Shown piece after piece: positions 51,058 through 59,991 of a DNA stretch of 64,000 bases (positions are counted from its first letter, which is position 1; the number at the start of each line of letters is the position of its first letter). The position numbers and the translations under genes are program-made. The stretch is taken from the NCBI GenBank assembly GCA_048941015.1, contig JBHLNZ010000006.1, positions 1-64,000 on the forward strand. Reading direction: 5' to 3'. This DNA is from Promethearchaeota archaeon. Its GTDB lineage: Archaea > Asgardarchaeota > Lokiarchaeia > Sigyniarchaeales > SOKP01. Below the pieces are notes generated by a model. The model did not search any database. It was given only the letters and a program-made list of their open reading frames with translations, and was not told where the DNA came from.

Positions 51058-52251
51058 ATGAGATCAGAAAGCAACAATAAAAAGTACAAATTAAACATTT
51101 ACAAAGCATATCTTTATCACTTTATTTTGGGAATTCATACTGTTAGAGCCGTGTATTACACTTTTATGACAGAATGGGGGGGACTTGTATTTTCTCAACA
51201 GATGATTTTACAAGCTTACTTTATGTTTATGATTTTCATTCTTGAAATTCCATCGGGTGGTATTGCTGATTATCTGGGAAGAAAAAAGGGATTAATATTA
51301 TCAGCATTAACTGTAATTTTAGCTGCCTTTTTTTATAGTATTATTCCAAACATATTTTTATTTTATTTAGCAGAAACATTATGGGCTTTTAGTATTGCTT
51401 TAATATCCGGAACTGATGAAACATTTTTATTTAATTCATTAAAAGTGATAGGAAAGGAAGATCATCTTCCAAAAGTAATGGGAAATATTCAGGTTATGAA
51501 TTTAATTGCATTAACTATCTCAGCACCTCTTGGGTCAATTATAGCTGAATTTGTTTCTTTACAATTTACAATGACATGTTTAGGAATTATATATATTGGG
51601 GCATTTATTACTTCATTAACTTACCATGAACCTAAATTAGTAAATGAACAGAAATCAGAGAGATTTTTAACCATAATCAAAGATGGGTTCAAAGAGTTAA
51701 AAAAAAATAAAATTTTAAGAACATTATGTTTTGATAGGTTATTCATTAATGTATTTATTTATCTCTTATTCTGGACTTATCAACCATATCTAACAGCAAT
51801 TGGAGTTCCTTTATTCATGTGGGGTTTTATTCTATCACTCATGAATCTAACGAATGCGGGTTTATCATACTTATTTCCGAAGATTCTTAAACAATTTAAG
51901 AGAAAAATAATATTTTTGATTTCTATAAATATTATTAATGGTTTAGCTTTTATTTTTCTAGCAATCACTTCAAATCCCATTATAGGGGCCATATTTCTCC
52001 TATTAATAGTGGGATTTGGCTATCCAAGATCATTAATCTATGTACATGGAATAAATAAACAAATTGCATCTGAAAACAGAGCAACAGTTTTAAGCACAAT
52101 TAATATGTTTCAAAGTCTTTCAATGGCGATACTTTATCTCTTTATAGGATTCGCAGTTGAAATATGGGGAATTTTTTGGTTCTTTATGATTAATGGAGCT
52201 ATAATTTTAATATTAACATTATTCACAAGGGCTAAAAGTTCGTATCTTTAA
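51058..52251 (+). CDS. MFS transporter
   Basis: LEIPSGGIADYLGRKK, ISGTDE and RATVLS motifs; about 12 TMs. Confidence 0.9.
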   Translation: MRSESNNKKYKLNIYKAYLYHFILGIHTVRAVYYTFMTEWGGLVFSQQMILQAYFMFMIFILEIPSGGIADYLGRKKGLILSALTVILAAFFYSIIPNIFLFYLAETLWAFSIALISGTDETFLFNSLKVIGKEDHLPKVMGNIQVMNLIALTISAPLGSIIAEFVSLQFTMTCLGIIYIGAFITSLTYHEPKLVNEQKSERFLTIIKDGFKELKKNKILRTLCFDRLFINVFIYLLFWTYQPYLTAIGVPLFMWGFILSLMNLTNAGLSYLFPKILKQFKRKIIFLISINIINGLAFIFLAITSNPIIGAIFLLLIVGFGYPRSLIYVHGINKQIASENRATVLSTINMFQSLSMAILYLFIGFAVEIWGIFWFFMINGAIILILTLFTRAKSSYL

Positions 52252-52359
52252 TCATATGAAGATTAAATTGATAAATGATTTATCAACTATAGTTTAAAAT
52301 TCAAATAAAATGAAATATTTACTCATTTGTAGTATTTTAAAACTCAAGTGGTAGAATAA

Positions 52360-52929
52360 ATGGAAAATGAAGAAATATTTACGTTTATTGAAGGAGAAAA
52401 TGTAAATCTAGTTACTTCGAGTATTAAATATGCAAACTTATATGCTAAATGGAAAAATAATCCAAAAGTACGGATATTTTCAAGAAATGCTATGCCTCGC
52501 TCATTAGAAGAAATAAAAAAGGATTATGAACCTTCAGAAAAAGGACAAGTGAAAGATCATATAGAGTTCTCAATTTATCATAAAGCAGATAAAAAACTTA
52601 TTGGAATTTGTGGTTTAAATAGAATAAACTGGTTTAATAGATCTGCCAATGCCTTCTTGATGATTGGAGAGACTGACTACTGGAATAAGAAAATTGCTAC
52701 TGAAGCCGTAAAACTGCTTCTTAAGTATGCCTTTGAAGAAGTTAACCTCCACAGGGTTACTGGGGGTGCTGCTGTTGATAATATTTATTCATGGAAGGTA
52801 GCTGAAAAAGTTGGTTTCACTTTTGAAGGGATTTCGAAAGAGGATTTTTATGTTGATGGCAAATATGTTGATAATAAAAAGTATTATTATTTAAAGCGAG
52901 ATTGGTTGAAACGACAGGAGAATCAGTAG
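52360..52929 (+). CDS. GNAT N-acetyltransferase (RimJ/RimL family)
   Basis: IGETDYWNKKIATEA, AFEEVNLHRV and KVGFTFEG motifs. Confidence 0.9.
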   Translation: MENEEIFTFIEGENVNLVTSSIKYANLYAKWKNNPKVRIFSRNAMPRSLEEIKKDYEPSEKGQVKDHIEFSIYHKADKKLIGICGLNRINWFNRSANAFLMIGETDYWNKKIATEAVKLLLKYAFEEVNLHRVTGGAAVDNIYSWKVAEKVGFTFEGISKEDFYVDGKYVDNKKYYYLKRDWLKRQENQ

Positions 52930-52934
52930 AAAAG

Positions 52935-53507
52935 ATGAATATGTTAGGAATAGCTCCATTTATTGAAGGTGAACATGTAGATTTATTACCATTAAATGAA
53001 GATAATTTTGCACTATATACTAAATGGGAAAATTTACCAGATGTTAGAAAATATTCGAGGAATGTTTTTCCACTTACTAAAGAAGATTATAAAAAACTTA
53101 TTGGACCACCTAATGGTAAAATTAAGAAATTCATACCTTTTGAAATATGGCACAAAAGAGATAAAAAACCAATTGGTACATGTGAAGTATCTGAAATTAA
53201 TTGGATTAATCGTCATGCATATTTAGGGATATTAATTGGAGAACAAAGTTACTGGAATCAAAATCTATGCACAGAAGTAGCTAAATTACTGACTAAATAC
53301 GCTTTTGAGGAGATGAACCTTAAGAAACTTTACTGGGGTGCTTTTAATCCAAACCTAGGATCTCAGCGCTGTTGTGAGAAAGCTGGATTTAAACTTGAAG
53401 CAACTCTAAAAAATGACATATATATTGACGGAAAATATTTTAATACATTAATTTATTCTCTTTTTAGAAAGGATTGGTTAAATGAAAAATCAGGTAGAAT
53501 TAATTAA
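52935..53507 (+). CDS. GNAT N-acetyltransferase (RimJ/RimL family), tandem paralog
   Basis: IGEQSYWNQNLCTEV, AFEEMNL and KAGFKLEA. A start near MNML is preferred over the overlapping TTG at 52902. Confidence 0.88.
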   Translation: MNMLGIAPFIEGEHVDLLPLNEDNFALYTKWENLPDVRKYSRNVFPLTKEDYKKLIGPPNGKIKKFIPFEIWHKRDKKPIGTCEVSEINWINRHAYLGILIGEQSYWNQNLCTEVAKLLTKYAFEEMNLKKLYWGAFNPNLGSQRCCEKAGFKLEATLKNDIYIDGKYFNTLIYSLFRKDWLNEKSGRIN

Positions 53508-53560
53508 GGTTTTTCACAAATTTAGAGAAATATTGTAATAATCAAGAATCAATGAAAATG

Positions 53561-55138
53561 TTAATTTAAGATTGGTAATAAAATAATGAATTTACTTCCT
53601 TGAGTATAATCTCCTTTAACTTTATCTTCAACCCAGATTTTACCCTTATAGCTCTCAATAATTTTTTTTACTAAAGATAGCCCAAGCCCCATACCTTTAG
53701 TACCTTTTAATTCTCTTTTTCCACGCTCGAAAATAAGTTTCTTTCTTTCATCAGCTACTCCGATTCCATTATCAATGAATTCTAATTTATAATAATCTTT
53801 CTTATCATAATTTTGAGTTGAGATCTTGATATTAATTTCTACAGAAGGATTCTTGTTATATTTTATAGCATTAATTAATACATTCTCAAAAACTTCCTGT
53901 AAATATTCATTCGCATTAACTATAATTTCATCACAAAATTGCTTTATTTTTATATTCAGAAGTCTTTCTGAATATGATTTTTTAATGAATTCTATTGAAT
54001 TTTCCAGTTGTTCACGTACATCAATTGGATTAATAGATATTTGGCTTTCCTCAAATTCAGAAAGAGTTTGAACGTTACTTACTAACTTTGACCCTCTTTG
54101 AATTTGTCTTTTTATAATATTTGCTATACTTTCAATTTCTTTAGATTCTACATTACCTCGTAGATTAAGGATTGTAAGTTCAGCCGAAGAATTAACAATT
54201 TGAAGTATATTGTTAATGTCATGAGCAAAAAGATCCTTATAAAAATTTGCTCTGTCATATGCTTCACGATACTTCTGTTCAGATATTTTTAATGTATTTT
54301 CCGCTATTTTCCTCTCAGTGATGTCTATTACCATCGAACGTGACTCTACAACGTTTCCATCTTTATCAATTATAGGTTTTACAGATAAACTTATCCACAC
54401 AGGTTCTCCATTCTTTCTCATCATTTGAAGTTCTTCATCTTGGCTTGTCTCTCCATTTAAAAATTTTTGAAACAACTTCTTTGCTTTTTGAGTGCCATGT
54501 TCAGAATCATAATAAAGCTCAAAAAATTTCTTATTTAATAACTCTTCTTTAGAATACCTTAATAATTTCTCAGCGGCAGCATTACAACCAACAATTAATC
54601 CATCTCGGTTAACAGAGAAATAAGCATTTGGAGCTTCCTCATAGAGATCTCGATATTTTTCTTCACTTTTCCTAATTTTTTCTGCTGCAACTTTTATTTT
54701 TAATTCAGCTTCTTTCTTTTCTGTTATATCTATAAATGTAGCAAATATAGAGGGTAAACTTTTATAATTTAGCATTTTAGAATGCAAATCAATCCATTTT
54801 ATCATTCCAGACTTTGTAATTATTCTAATAGTATAATGAGAACTAATACTTTTCTCATCAATCAACTTCCTATTTAAATTTTCTACAACAATAGGTAGAT
54901 CTTCAGGATGGATTTTTTCCATAAATTCATTTTGAGACCAATTTCTTAATTCATTAAGAGAATATCCTGAAATATCAGATACTGCATTATTAGTATAATT
55001 AACATAGCCATTTTGTAAAATTATAATTCCCAATGAAGACTCTTCCACAAGAGTTCTAAAGATTTCTTCTGAGAGCCCTAAATTATTTATTTTACTACTA
55101 ATAAGAGATTTTTGTTTTGATGTCACACAAATAACCAT
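53561..55138 (-). CDS. PAS-PAS sensor histidine kinase
   Basis: Two PAS/PAC units (IHPED...DITEKK; DITERK), H-box FAHDINN, N-box NAIKY, DNGIG and GMGLGL. Confidence 0.93.
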   Translation of the reverse strand: MVICVTSKQKSLISSKINNLGLSEEIFRTLVEESSLGIIILQNGYVNYTNNAVSDISGYSLNELRNWSQNEFMEKIHPEDLPIVVENLNRKLIDEKSISSHYTIRIITKSGMIKWIDLHSKMLNYKSLPSIFATFIDITEKKEAELKIKVAAEKIRKSEEKYRDLYEEAPNAYFSVNRDGLIVGCNAAAEKLLRYSKEELLNKKFFELYYDSEHGTQKAKKLFQKFLNGETSQDEELQMMRKNGEPVWISLSVKPIIDKDGNVVESRSMVIDITERKIAENTLKISEQKYREAYDRANFYKDLFAHDINNILQIVNSSAELTILNLRGNVESKEIESIANIIKRQIQRGSKLVSNVQTLSEFEESQISINPIDVREQLENSIEFIKKSYSERLLNIKIKQFCDEIIVNANEYLQEVFENVLINAIKYNKNPSVEINIKISTQNYDKKDYYKLEFIDNGIGVADERKKLIFERGKRELKGTKGMGLGLSLVKKIIESYKGKIWVEDKVKGDYTQGSKFIILLPILN

Positions 55139-55326
55139 ACTTTTAATTCGCTTAAAATAGCTAATTTGTTAAAAATTTCACTATTAAAGCATATATAATA
55201 TTATTAAAGTAAATCTTTTTTACTATATTATCTTTATATTTTAAAAGTTTGTCGCCAACCGCACGAACTAAAAGATTTTATTAAAAAAAAATAAAAAATT
55301 TAAAAAAAAAGATTTGAAAAATTTGA

Positions 55327-55575
55327 TTACCCACCTCCAATAGGGGGAAAAATGGCAATTATATCACCATCCTTAACTATATAATCTTCTTGAATATGAG
55401 GCCTACCGTTTACTAATATTATTAATTTTGTTTTTTGTTCAGAAATTTTATATTTATCTAGAATTGATTTAATAGTGCTGTTTTTTGGGAATCTTTCTTT
55501 TGATTTTGCAGGTCCATAATTTAATAAATCGGCAAAAAATTTAATCGTGACAATAATTTCGCGATTTTCACTCAT
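55327..55575 (-). CDS. MoaD/ThiS-family ubiquitin-like sulfur carrier
   Basis: Beta-grasp pattern VNG...KDGD.IAIFPPIGGG with a free C-terminal GG. Confidence 0.9.
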   Translation of the reverse strand: MSENREIIVTIKFFADLLNYGPAKSKERFPKNSTIKSILDKYKISEQKTKLIILVNGRPHIQEDYIVKDGDIIAIFPPIGGG

Positions 55576-55855
55576 CTTCAGCTCTCTTGAAATACCATTT
55601 ATATAATAGGCTCATGTTCTTAGGAAAAATACCTACTCTATCTCCATCTTTCACTTTTTTACTGAATCCAGCATAAATACTATTTACGAATATGTGGCTA
55701 GTTTCATTCTTTTCAATCGAAAATTTCTCTAATATATCTGAAATAGTTTTCACTTCTGATGAATTAAGATCTAACGTTAAAGGTGCTGCACCTGGTTCTA
55801 GATTTTGTTGGATTTTTTTTCTTAAATCTCCAAATATTCTCAGATGGATCGTCAT
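55568..55855 (-). CDS. MoaD/ThiS-like beta-grasp protein lacking the C-terminal diglycine
   Basis: IFGDL...IFVN...KDGDRVGIFP followed by KNMSLLYKWYFKRAEDE. Confidence 0.8.
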   Translation of the reverse strand: MTIHLRIFGDLRKKIQQNLEPGAAPLTLDLNSSEVKTISDILEKFSIEKNETSHIFVNSIYAGFSKKVKDGDRVGIFPKNMSLLYKWYFKRAEDE

Positions 55856-55872
55856 TTTTAATCCGTAGCAAA

Positions 55873-57606
55873 TTAAAATACACTATCTAAATCTTCATCA
55901 GTTACATTAAACACTTCATTGGTAGGTGGCAACTTTTCTTCTAAGAAAAATTCTGGAAGTCTATCATGCACCGATGTAAATCCTGCAGCTTTATTGAATG
56001 CCATCTCGGTATCTATTATTTGTTTACCATAAGGTGCTACATCATTTACCGTCAATGATGCGCCTAATACACCGTTTAAGGATTCAACAACACCTTGTAA
56101 TCCTTCAGGTATATCTAAAATGGCAAATGCAATAAATAGGCAATATCCCGTAGCATCTACAGCAGCTGTTGCTATTTGTAAAGTACGTGATATTTCCGCC
56201 TTTTTTGGGTCTCTGGGATCAGCCTGTCCACCAACTCCGAGAATCTCTGGAGCGATAGCATAACCTGCGGTATGGTCGGCACCCATCGGAGTTGTTGCGT
56301 AAGTTACACCAATACCTTTAATTGCTCGGGGATCATATGCAGGAAAACCCTGACCTTTTACGGTTGGAATTCTTGTTACTCCTAATACTTTTCCGGTTAT
56401 TTCGGTACCATTAGCAAGAATCTTACCCGTTGGTGTTTTTCTCCTTATTTCCTCCATGAGTTTGAGAGCACCTTTTCCATCTCCAAAATCAATTAAACCG
56501 CCTTCCATTGCTACAGCAAGGGTATCTCCCGCCTCGATTGTATCTAAACCTAAATCATTACAAGCTCTATTTAATTCTCCAACAGTATCTAAATCGTAAA
56601 TCCCACAGTTTGCTCCTAATGCCCAAACGCTTTCATATTCTAAAACTCCAACAGGATCCTTTCCACCTGGTTTTGTCCAAACTTCTGAACATTGAATTAT
56701 ACAACCTGGATTGCAGAAATGTGGACGTACTCCCCCTCTTTTCTTGATTTCCTCTGCTTTTTTTTCTCCCGAAATGTTCTGAGCTCTATCATCTTGCCCT
56801 GCTGAAAAATTTCTCTGTGGTAATCCACCAGCTTCATTAATAATATTGACTAACACACTTGTTCCATAACTATTTAAAGCACCTCCTGGTTTTGTAACAT
56901 CGTGAGTTGTAAGTGCTTCTCTAAGCTTTCTAATTCCTTCCCTAAATACTTCCTCATTAGCAATTTCTACTCCTGGTGCACCCGTTTCATCAACAACAAT
57001 AAACTTCAGACCTTTAGATGCCATTACTGCACCTAGCCCACCTCTACCAGCATATCTACTAGATAATCCTTCAGGATCATTAAAACAAAGACCAGAGGCA
57101 CTCCCTAAAATTTCCGCTGCAATACCCACTCCACAAATACTAACATTCTTATCACCAAACTCCTTAAATAAATCTTTATAAACTCCATATAATCCTTTTC
57201 CAGACCATTTATTAGCATTGATAATTTCAGCACCATCATTAGTGACCTTTAAAAGATAATAATCATTCCCTTTATGTTTACCTTCAACAATTATGGCACC
57301 AATTCTCATGCGAGCTACCCTTTGAGCAAAATTAGTCCCTGCGTTTGCTTCTTTTATTCCACCTGTTAAAGGAGATTTCCCTCCAACAGATATCCTGCCT
57401 GAAGTTGGAGCAGCTGTTCCAGTCACTATACCAGGAGCTAAAACTAACTTATTATGAACTCCTAAAGGATCACATGTTGGTGGAACTTCTTTAGAAACGA
57501 TCGTCGAAGTCATTGCTCTACCGCCTAGTGCCGCATATTCACTAGGTAAGTCTTCAAATTTTGCTTGAAGATTTGTCATATCTACTCTTAATATTCTTTT
57601 TGGCAA
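55873..57606 (-). CDS. aor: Aldehyde:ferredoxin oxidoreductase (tungsten-pterin AOR family)
   Basis: KSPLTGGIKEANAG, GRGGLGAVM, C..GCIIQC, EYES, DLGLDTI and DRLPEFF. A TTG start at 57606 follows SD GAGGTGA. Confidence 0.93.
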   Translation of the reverse strand: MPKRILRVDMTNLQAKFEDLPSEYAALGGRAMTSTIVSKEVPPTCDPLGVHNKLVLAPGIVTGTAAPTSGRISVGGKSPLTGGIKEANAGTNFAQRVARMRIGAIIVEGKHKGNDYYLLKVTNDGAEIINANKWSGKGLYGVYKDLFKEFGDKNVSICGVGIAAEILGSASGLCFNDPEGLSSRYAGRGGLGAVMASKGLKFIVVDETGAPGVEIANEEVFREGIRKLREALTTHDVTKPGGALNSYGTSVLVNIINEAGGLPQRNFSAGQDDRAQNISGEKKAEEIKKRGGVRPHFCNPGCIIQCSEVWTKPGGKDPVGVLEYESVWALGANCGIYDLDTVGELNRACNDLGLDTIEAGDTLAVAMEGGLIDFGDGKGALKLMEEIRRKTPTGKILANGTEITGKVLGVTRIPTVKGQGFPAYDPRAIKGIGVTYATTPMGADHTAGYAIAPEILGVGGQADPRDPKKAEISRTLQIATAAVDATGYCLFIAFAILDIPEGLQGVVESLNGVLGASLTVNDVAPYGKQIIDTEMAFNKAAGFTSVHDRLPEFFLEEKLPPTNEVFNVTDEDLDSVF

Positions 57607-57688
57607 AATTTTCACCTCTAAATTTGTGACAATTAAAGTTTTGTTAAGTTTTTATTTAAGTTTTCGTTATGTATGAAGGGAAAGAACG

Positions 57689-57708
57689 CAATGTTAAATA
57701 TAACATTG
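57689..57708. promoter_or_regulatory. Perfect 8-bp palindrome upstream of the aor promoter
   Basis: caatgtta-aata-taacattg, about 30 bp upstream of a minus-strand TATA-like cttaaata (57653-57660). Confidence 0.55.
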
Positions 57709-57752
57709 AATATTAACGTTCAAATAAAATAGTAAAAAAAAGATTTTATAAA

Positions 57753-58964
57753 TTAAAAATCGATATCTCTACCTTCATAAGCATATTTAAATAATTTCTT
57801 AAACTCCTCACCGCCTACTTGCCTGGAACTTAATACACTAGATGAATCTTCAAAACATAAAGAGACTAACAAATCTAAATTTTTTTCAAAATCCTGTTTT
57901 GAAATACCTGTATCTTCATATTTAGTAGGAAAATCCACTTCTTTTTGCAAATTTTTAACTTTATCAATTACTATATAAGCTGCCTTCTTTGTTTCTTCTT
58001 CCCATTTAGCCCAACCTAATTGTTTGGCAACTTTTGCTAAGAGATCTACGGTTTTATCTTCTGGATCATCATTGTTCATTATATATTGAGTGACATACGG
58101 AAGAGCAATACCAACGGCTCTACCATGAGGGACATGAAATAATGAACCAAATGTATGACCAAGTGTATGCCCTATATGTGCTTGCCCATTGCTAATGGCA
58201 AGACCAGCTAAAGATGCAGCTTGGTGCAAAAAATCTCTTGCTTTCATGTTATTACCGTCCTGATAAGCAACAGGTAAATATTCGAAAATCAGTTCTATTG
58301 CTTTTAGAGCCAAAGCATAGCTAAATTCATTTCTCCATAATGATCCAATTGCTTCAAGAGCATGTGCTAAAGCGTCAAATCCAGTATCAGCAGTTAATTT
58401 AGGAGGCATACCCATTGGAAAAATGGGGTCAACAATGGCATAAGTTGGAACCATACCTCGATGTAGGAAGAAAAACTTTTTCCATATATCACTTTCAAAT
58501 CTAGATACCACTGAAATAAACGTTGTTTCTGAACCTGTTCCAGAGGTTGTTGGTATTGCTACAAACTTTGCTTTCTTACCCAAATCATATAAATCATCCC
58601 GGAAAGCGTGTACATCATCCATTTCAAATTCTGGAAACTCATATAAAACCCACATTGTTTTAGCAGTATCAATTACAGATCCTCCGCCTAGAGCGATAAT
58701 GATATCTGGTTTGTAAGCAATGCATTGTTCTTTTGCTTTTAAAATTCCTTCTTCTTTAGGATTTGGAACAACATCGTTAAAGGATTCATAAGCTTTTCCT
58801 AAATTATCAAGCTTATCGGTCAATATTTTTAGATATCCTAAATCCTCGATAACTTTATCAGTAACAATAAAACACTTATTACCACTGATTTTTTCTAAAA
58901 AATCAAGCGCTTCTTCCCCATATACTATATGAGGACTATTAAAATACCACATTTTTTTAAACAC
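57753..58964 (-). CDS. Iron-containing alcohol dehydrogenase
   Basis: GGGSVIDTAK, PTTSGTGSE, DALAHALE, HTLGH and HG metal ligands. Confidence 0.93.
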   Translation of the reverse strand: MFKKMWYFNSPHIVYGEEALDFLEKISGNKCFIVTDKVIEDLGYLKILTDKLDNLGKAYESFNDVVPNPKEEGILKAKEQCIAYKPDIIIALGGGSVIDTAKTMWVLYEFPEFEMDDVHAFRDDLYDLGKKAKFVAIPTTSGTGSETTFISVVSRFESDIWKKFFFLHRGMVPTYAIVDPIFPMGMPPKLTADTGFDALAHALEAIGSLWRNEFSYALALKAIELIFEYLPVAYQDGNNMKARDFLHQAASLAGLAISNGQAHIGHTLGHTFGSLFHVPHGRAVGIALPYVTQYIMNNDDPEDKTVDLLAKVAKQLGWAKWEEETKKAAYIVIDKVKNLQKEVDFPTKYEDTGISKQDFEKNLDLLVSLCFEDSSSVLSSRQVGGEEFKKLFKYAYEGRDIDF

Positions 58965-59084
58965 CCATTAAAAATTTTCAAGTTAATTAAAATTGGATTT
59001 GTAAAATAAGAAGGTATTAAGATTTAAATTTTTAATAGTTTAAATAATAAAAAAGTTAAACTTATTTCAAAATATAATTATAAA

Positions 59085-59207
59085 CAGGCTCGGGGGGATA
59101 TATCCAAGAAATGTGAAGTACATATCATTTTGAACCCCCGCTCGTCAGCTTACTCCTTTGATTTAAGTTAGGAGGCTGCCGCGATATCCATGCTTCGCCA
59201 CGAGCCT
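59085..59207 (-). tRNA. tRNA-Arg(CCT) with two introns (37/38, 18 nt, 59151-59168; 58/59, 30 nt, 59100-59129)
   Basis: Acceptor AGGCTCG/CGAGCCT plus discriminator G, D-stem GCGA/TCGC, anticodon loop CTCCTAA and T-stem GGGGG/CCCCC. Removing both inserts gives a 75-nt tRNA, and BHB-like pairing is present at both junctions. Confidence 0.9.
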
Positions 59208-59270
59208 TTAGCTAAAGTCTTGATAATATATTAATATAAAAGTATGATATCATAAAAATTTAGATATAAA

Positions 59271-59420
59271 TCAAATATTCAATTTACTCCTATAATAATT
59301 GACTCCACATATTTCACAGAAATATTTTCCATCTACAAAAATGGCTTTTTCTTTAGATATTTCTTTTTGACAATTTTTTACACAGCATATAACAGTTTCC
59401 TGTTTTTTATGATTATTCAT
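59271..59420 (-). CDS. Small (49 aa) zinc-finger protein, not in the ORF track
   Basis: MNNHKKQETVICCVKNCQKEISKEKAIFVDGKYFCEICGVNYYRSKLNI; C-x4-C...DGKYFC-x2-C treble-clef-like pattern. Confidence 0.7.
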   Translation of the reverse strand: MNNHKKQETVICCVKNCQKEISKEKAIFVDGKYFCEICGVNYYRSKLNI

Positions 59421-59546
59421 TTTTATTCAAAATTATGTGATCTTTAAAAGGATAAAAGAATACCTAAATCAAAAGGTTTTAATTCTGACATTTAATTTAA
59501 TTATTATTACAAGATTTTTTAAATATTTTTTTTAGTGTTTTTAAAA

Positions 59547-59828
59547 ATGGAAAGAAGAACTCAACAAATGAATAGACCAAATCGGCCTATCGATTATTTG
59601 AAGAATTCGATGAATAAAGTAATTTTAATTAAGGTTAAACGGAATCGATTATTCAGAGGGCAACTATCTGGATTTGATGAACATCTAAATCTTTATTTGG
59701 AAGGCACAAGTCAGATTTTTGAATATCAAGATGAAGATGGAAACATTCGTGAGGAGCACGAAGATCTCGGAAGTATTGTGGTCCGTGGCGATAATGTTAT
59801 ATTTGTGAATCTAGCCAATGAGGAATAA
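59547..59828 (+). CDS. Sm-like archaeal protein (SmAP/LSm)
   Basis: RPIDYL...FRGQLSGFDEHLNLYL (Sm1) and VVRGDNV (Sm2); start at ATG 59547 or 59568. Confidence 0.93.
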   Translation: MERRTQQMNRPNRPIDYLKNSMNKVILIKVKRNRLFRGQLSGFDEHLNLYLEGTSQIFEYQDEDGNIREEHEDLGSIVVRGDNVIFVNLANEE

Positions 59829-59991
59829 ATCTTTTTAATCAAAAAGTATAAAATTTGTTTATAGTTTATTAGATATCTAATAGTTTTAGTCGATTTTAGA
59901 TAAAAATTTTTAAATTTCGATTCTTTTCAAATAAATAGGGAGAGAATTTGAATTTTTCTTATAAAATTAATTATTCAGCAATAAAATAAAG

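Noticed and set aside
53601-53612. 12-nt match (tgagtataatct) between the sequence downstream of tnpB and the histidine kinase gene, as a possible guide target
   Set aside because: It is too short for AT-rich DNA and compatible with chance. The element end and TAM are undefined.
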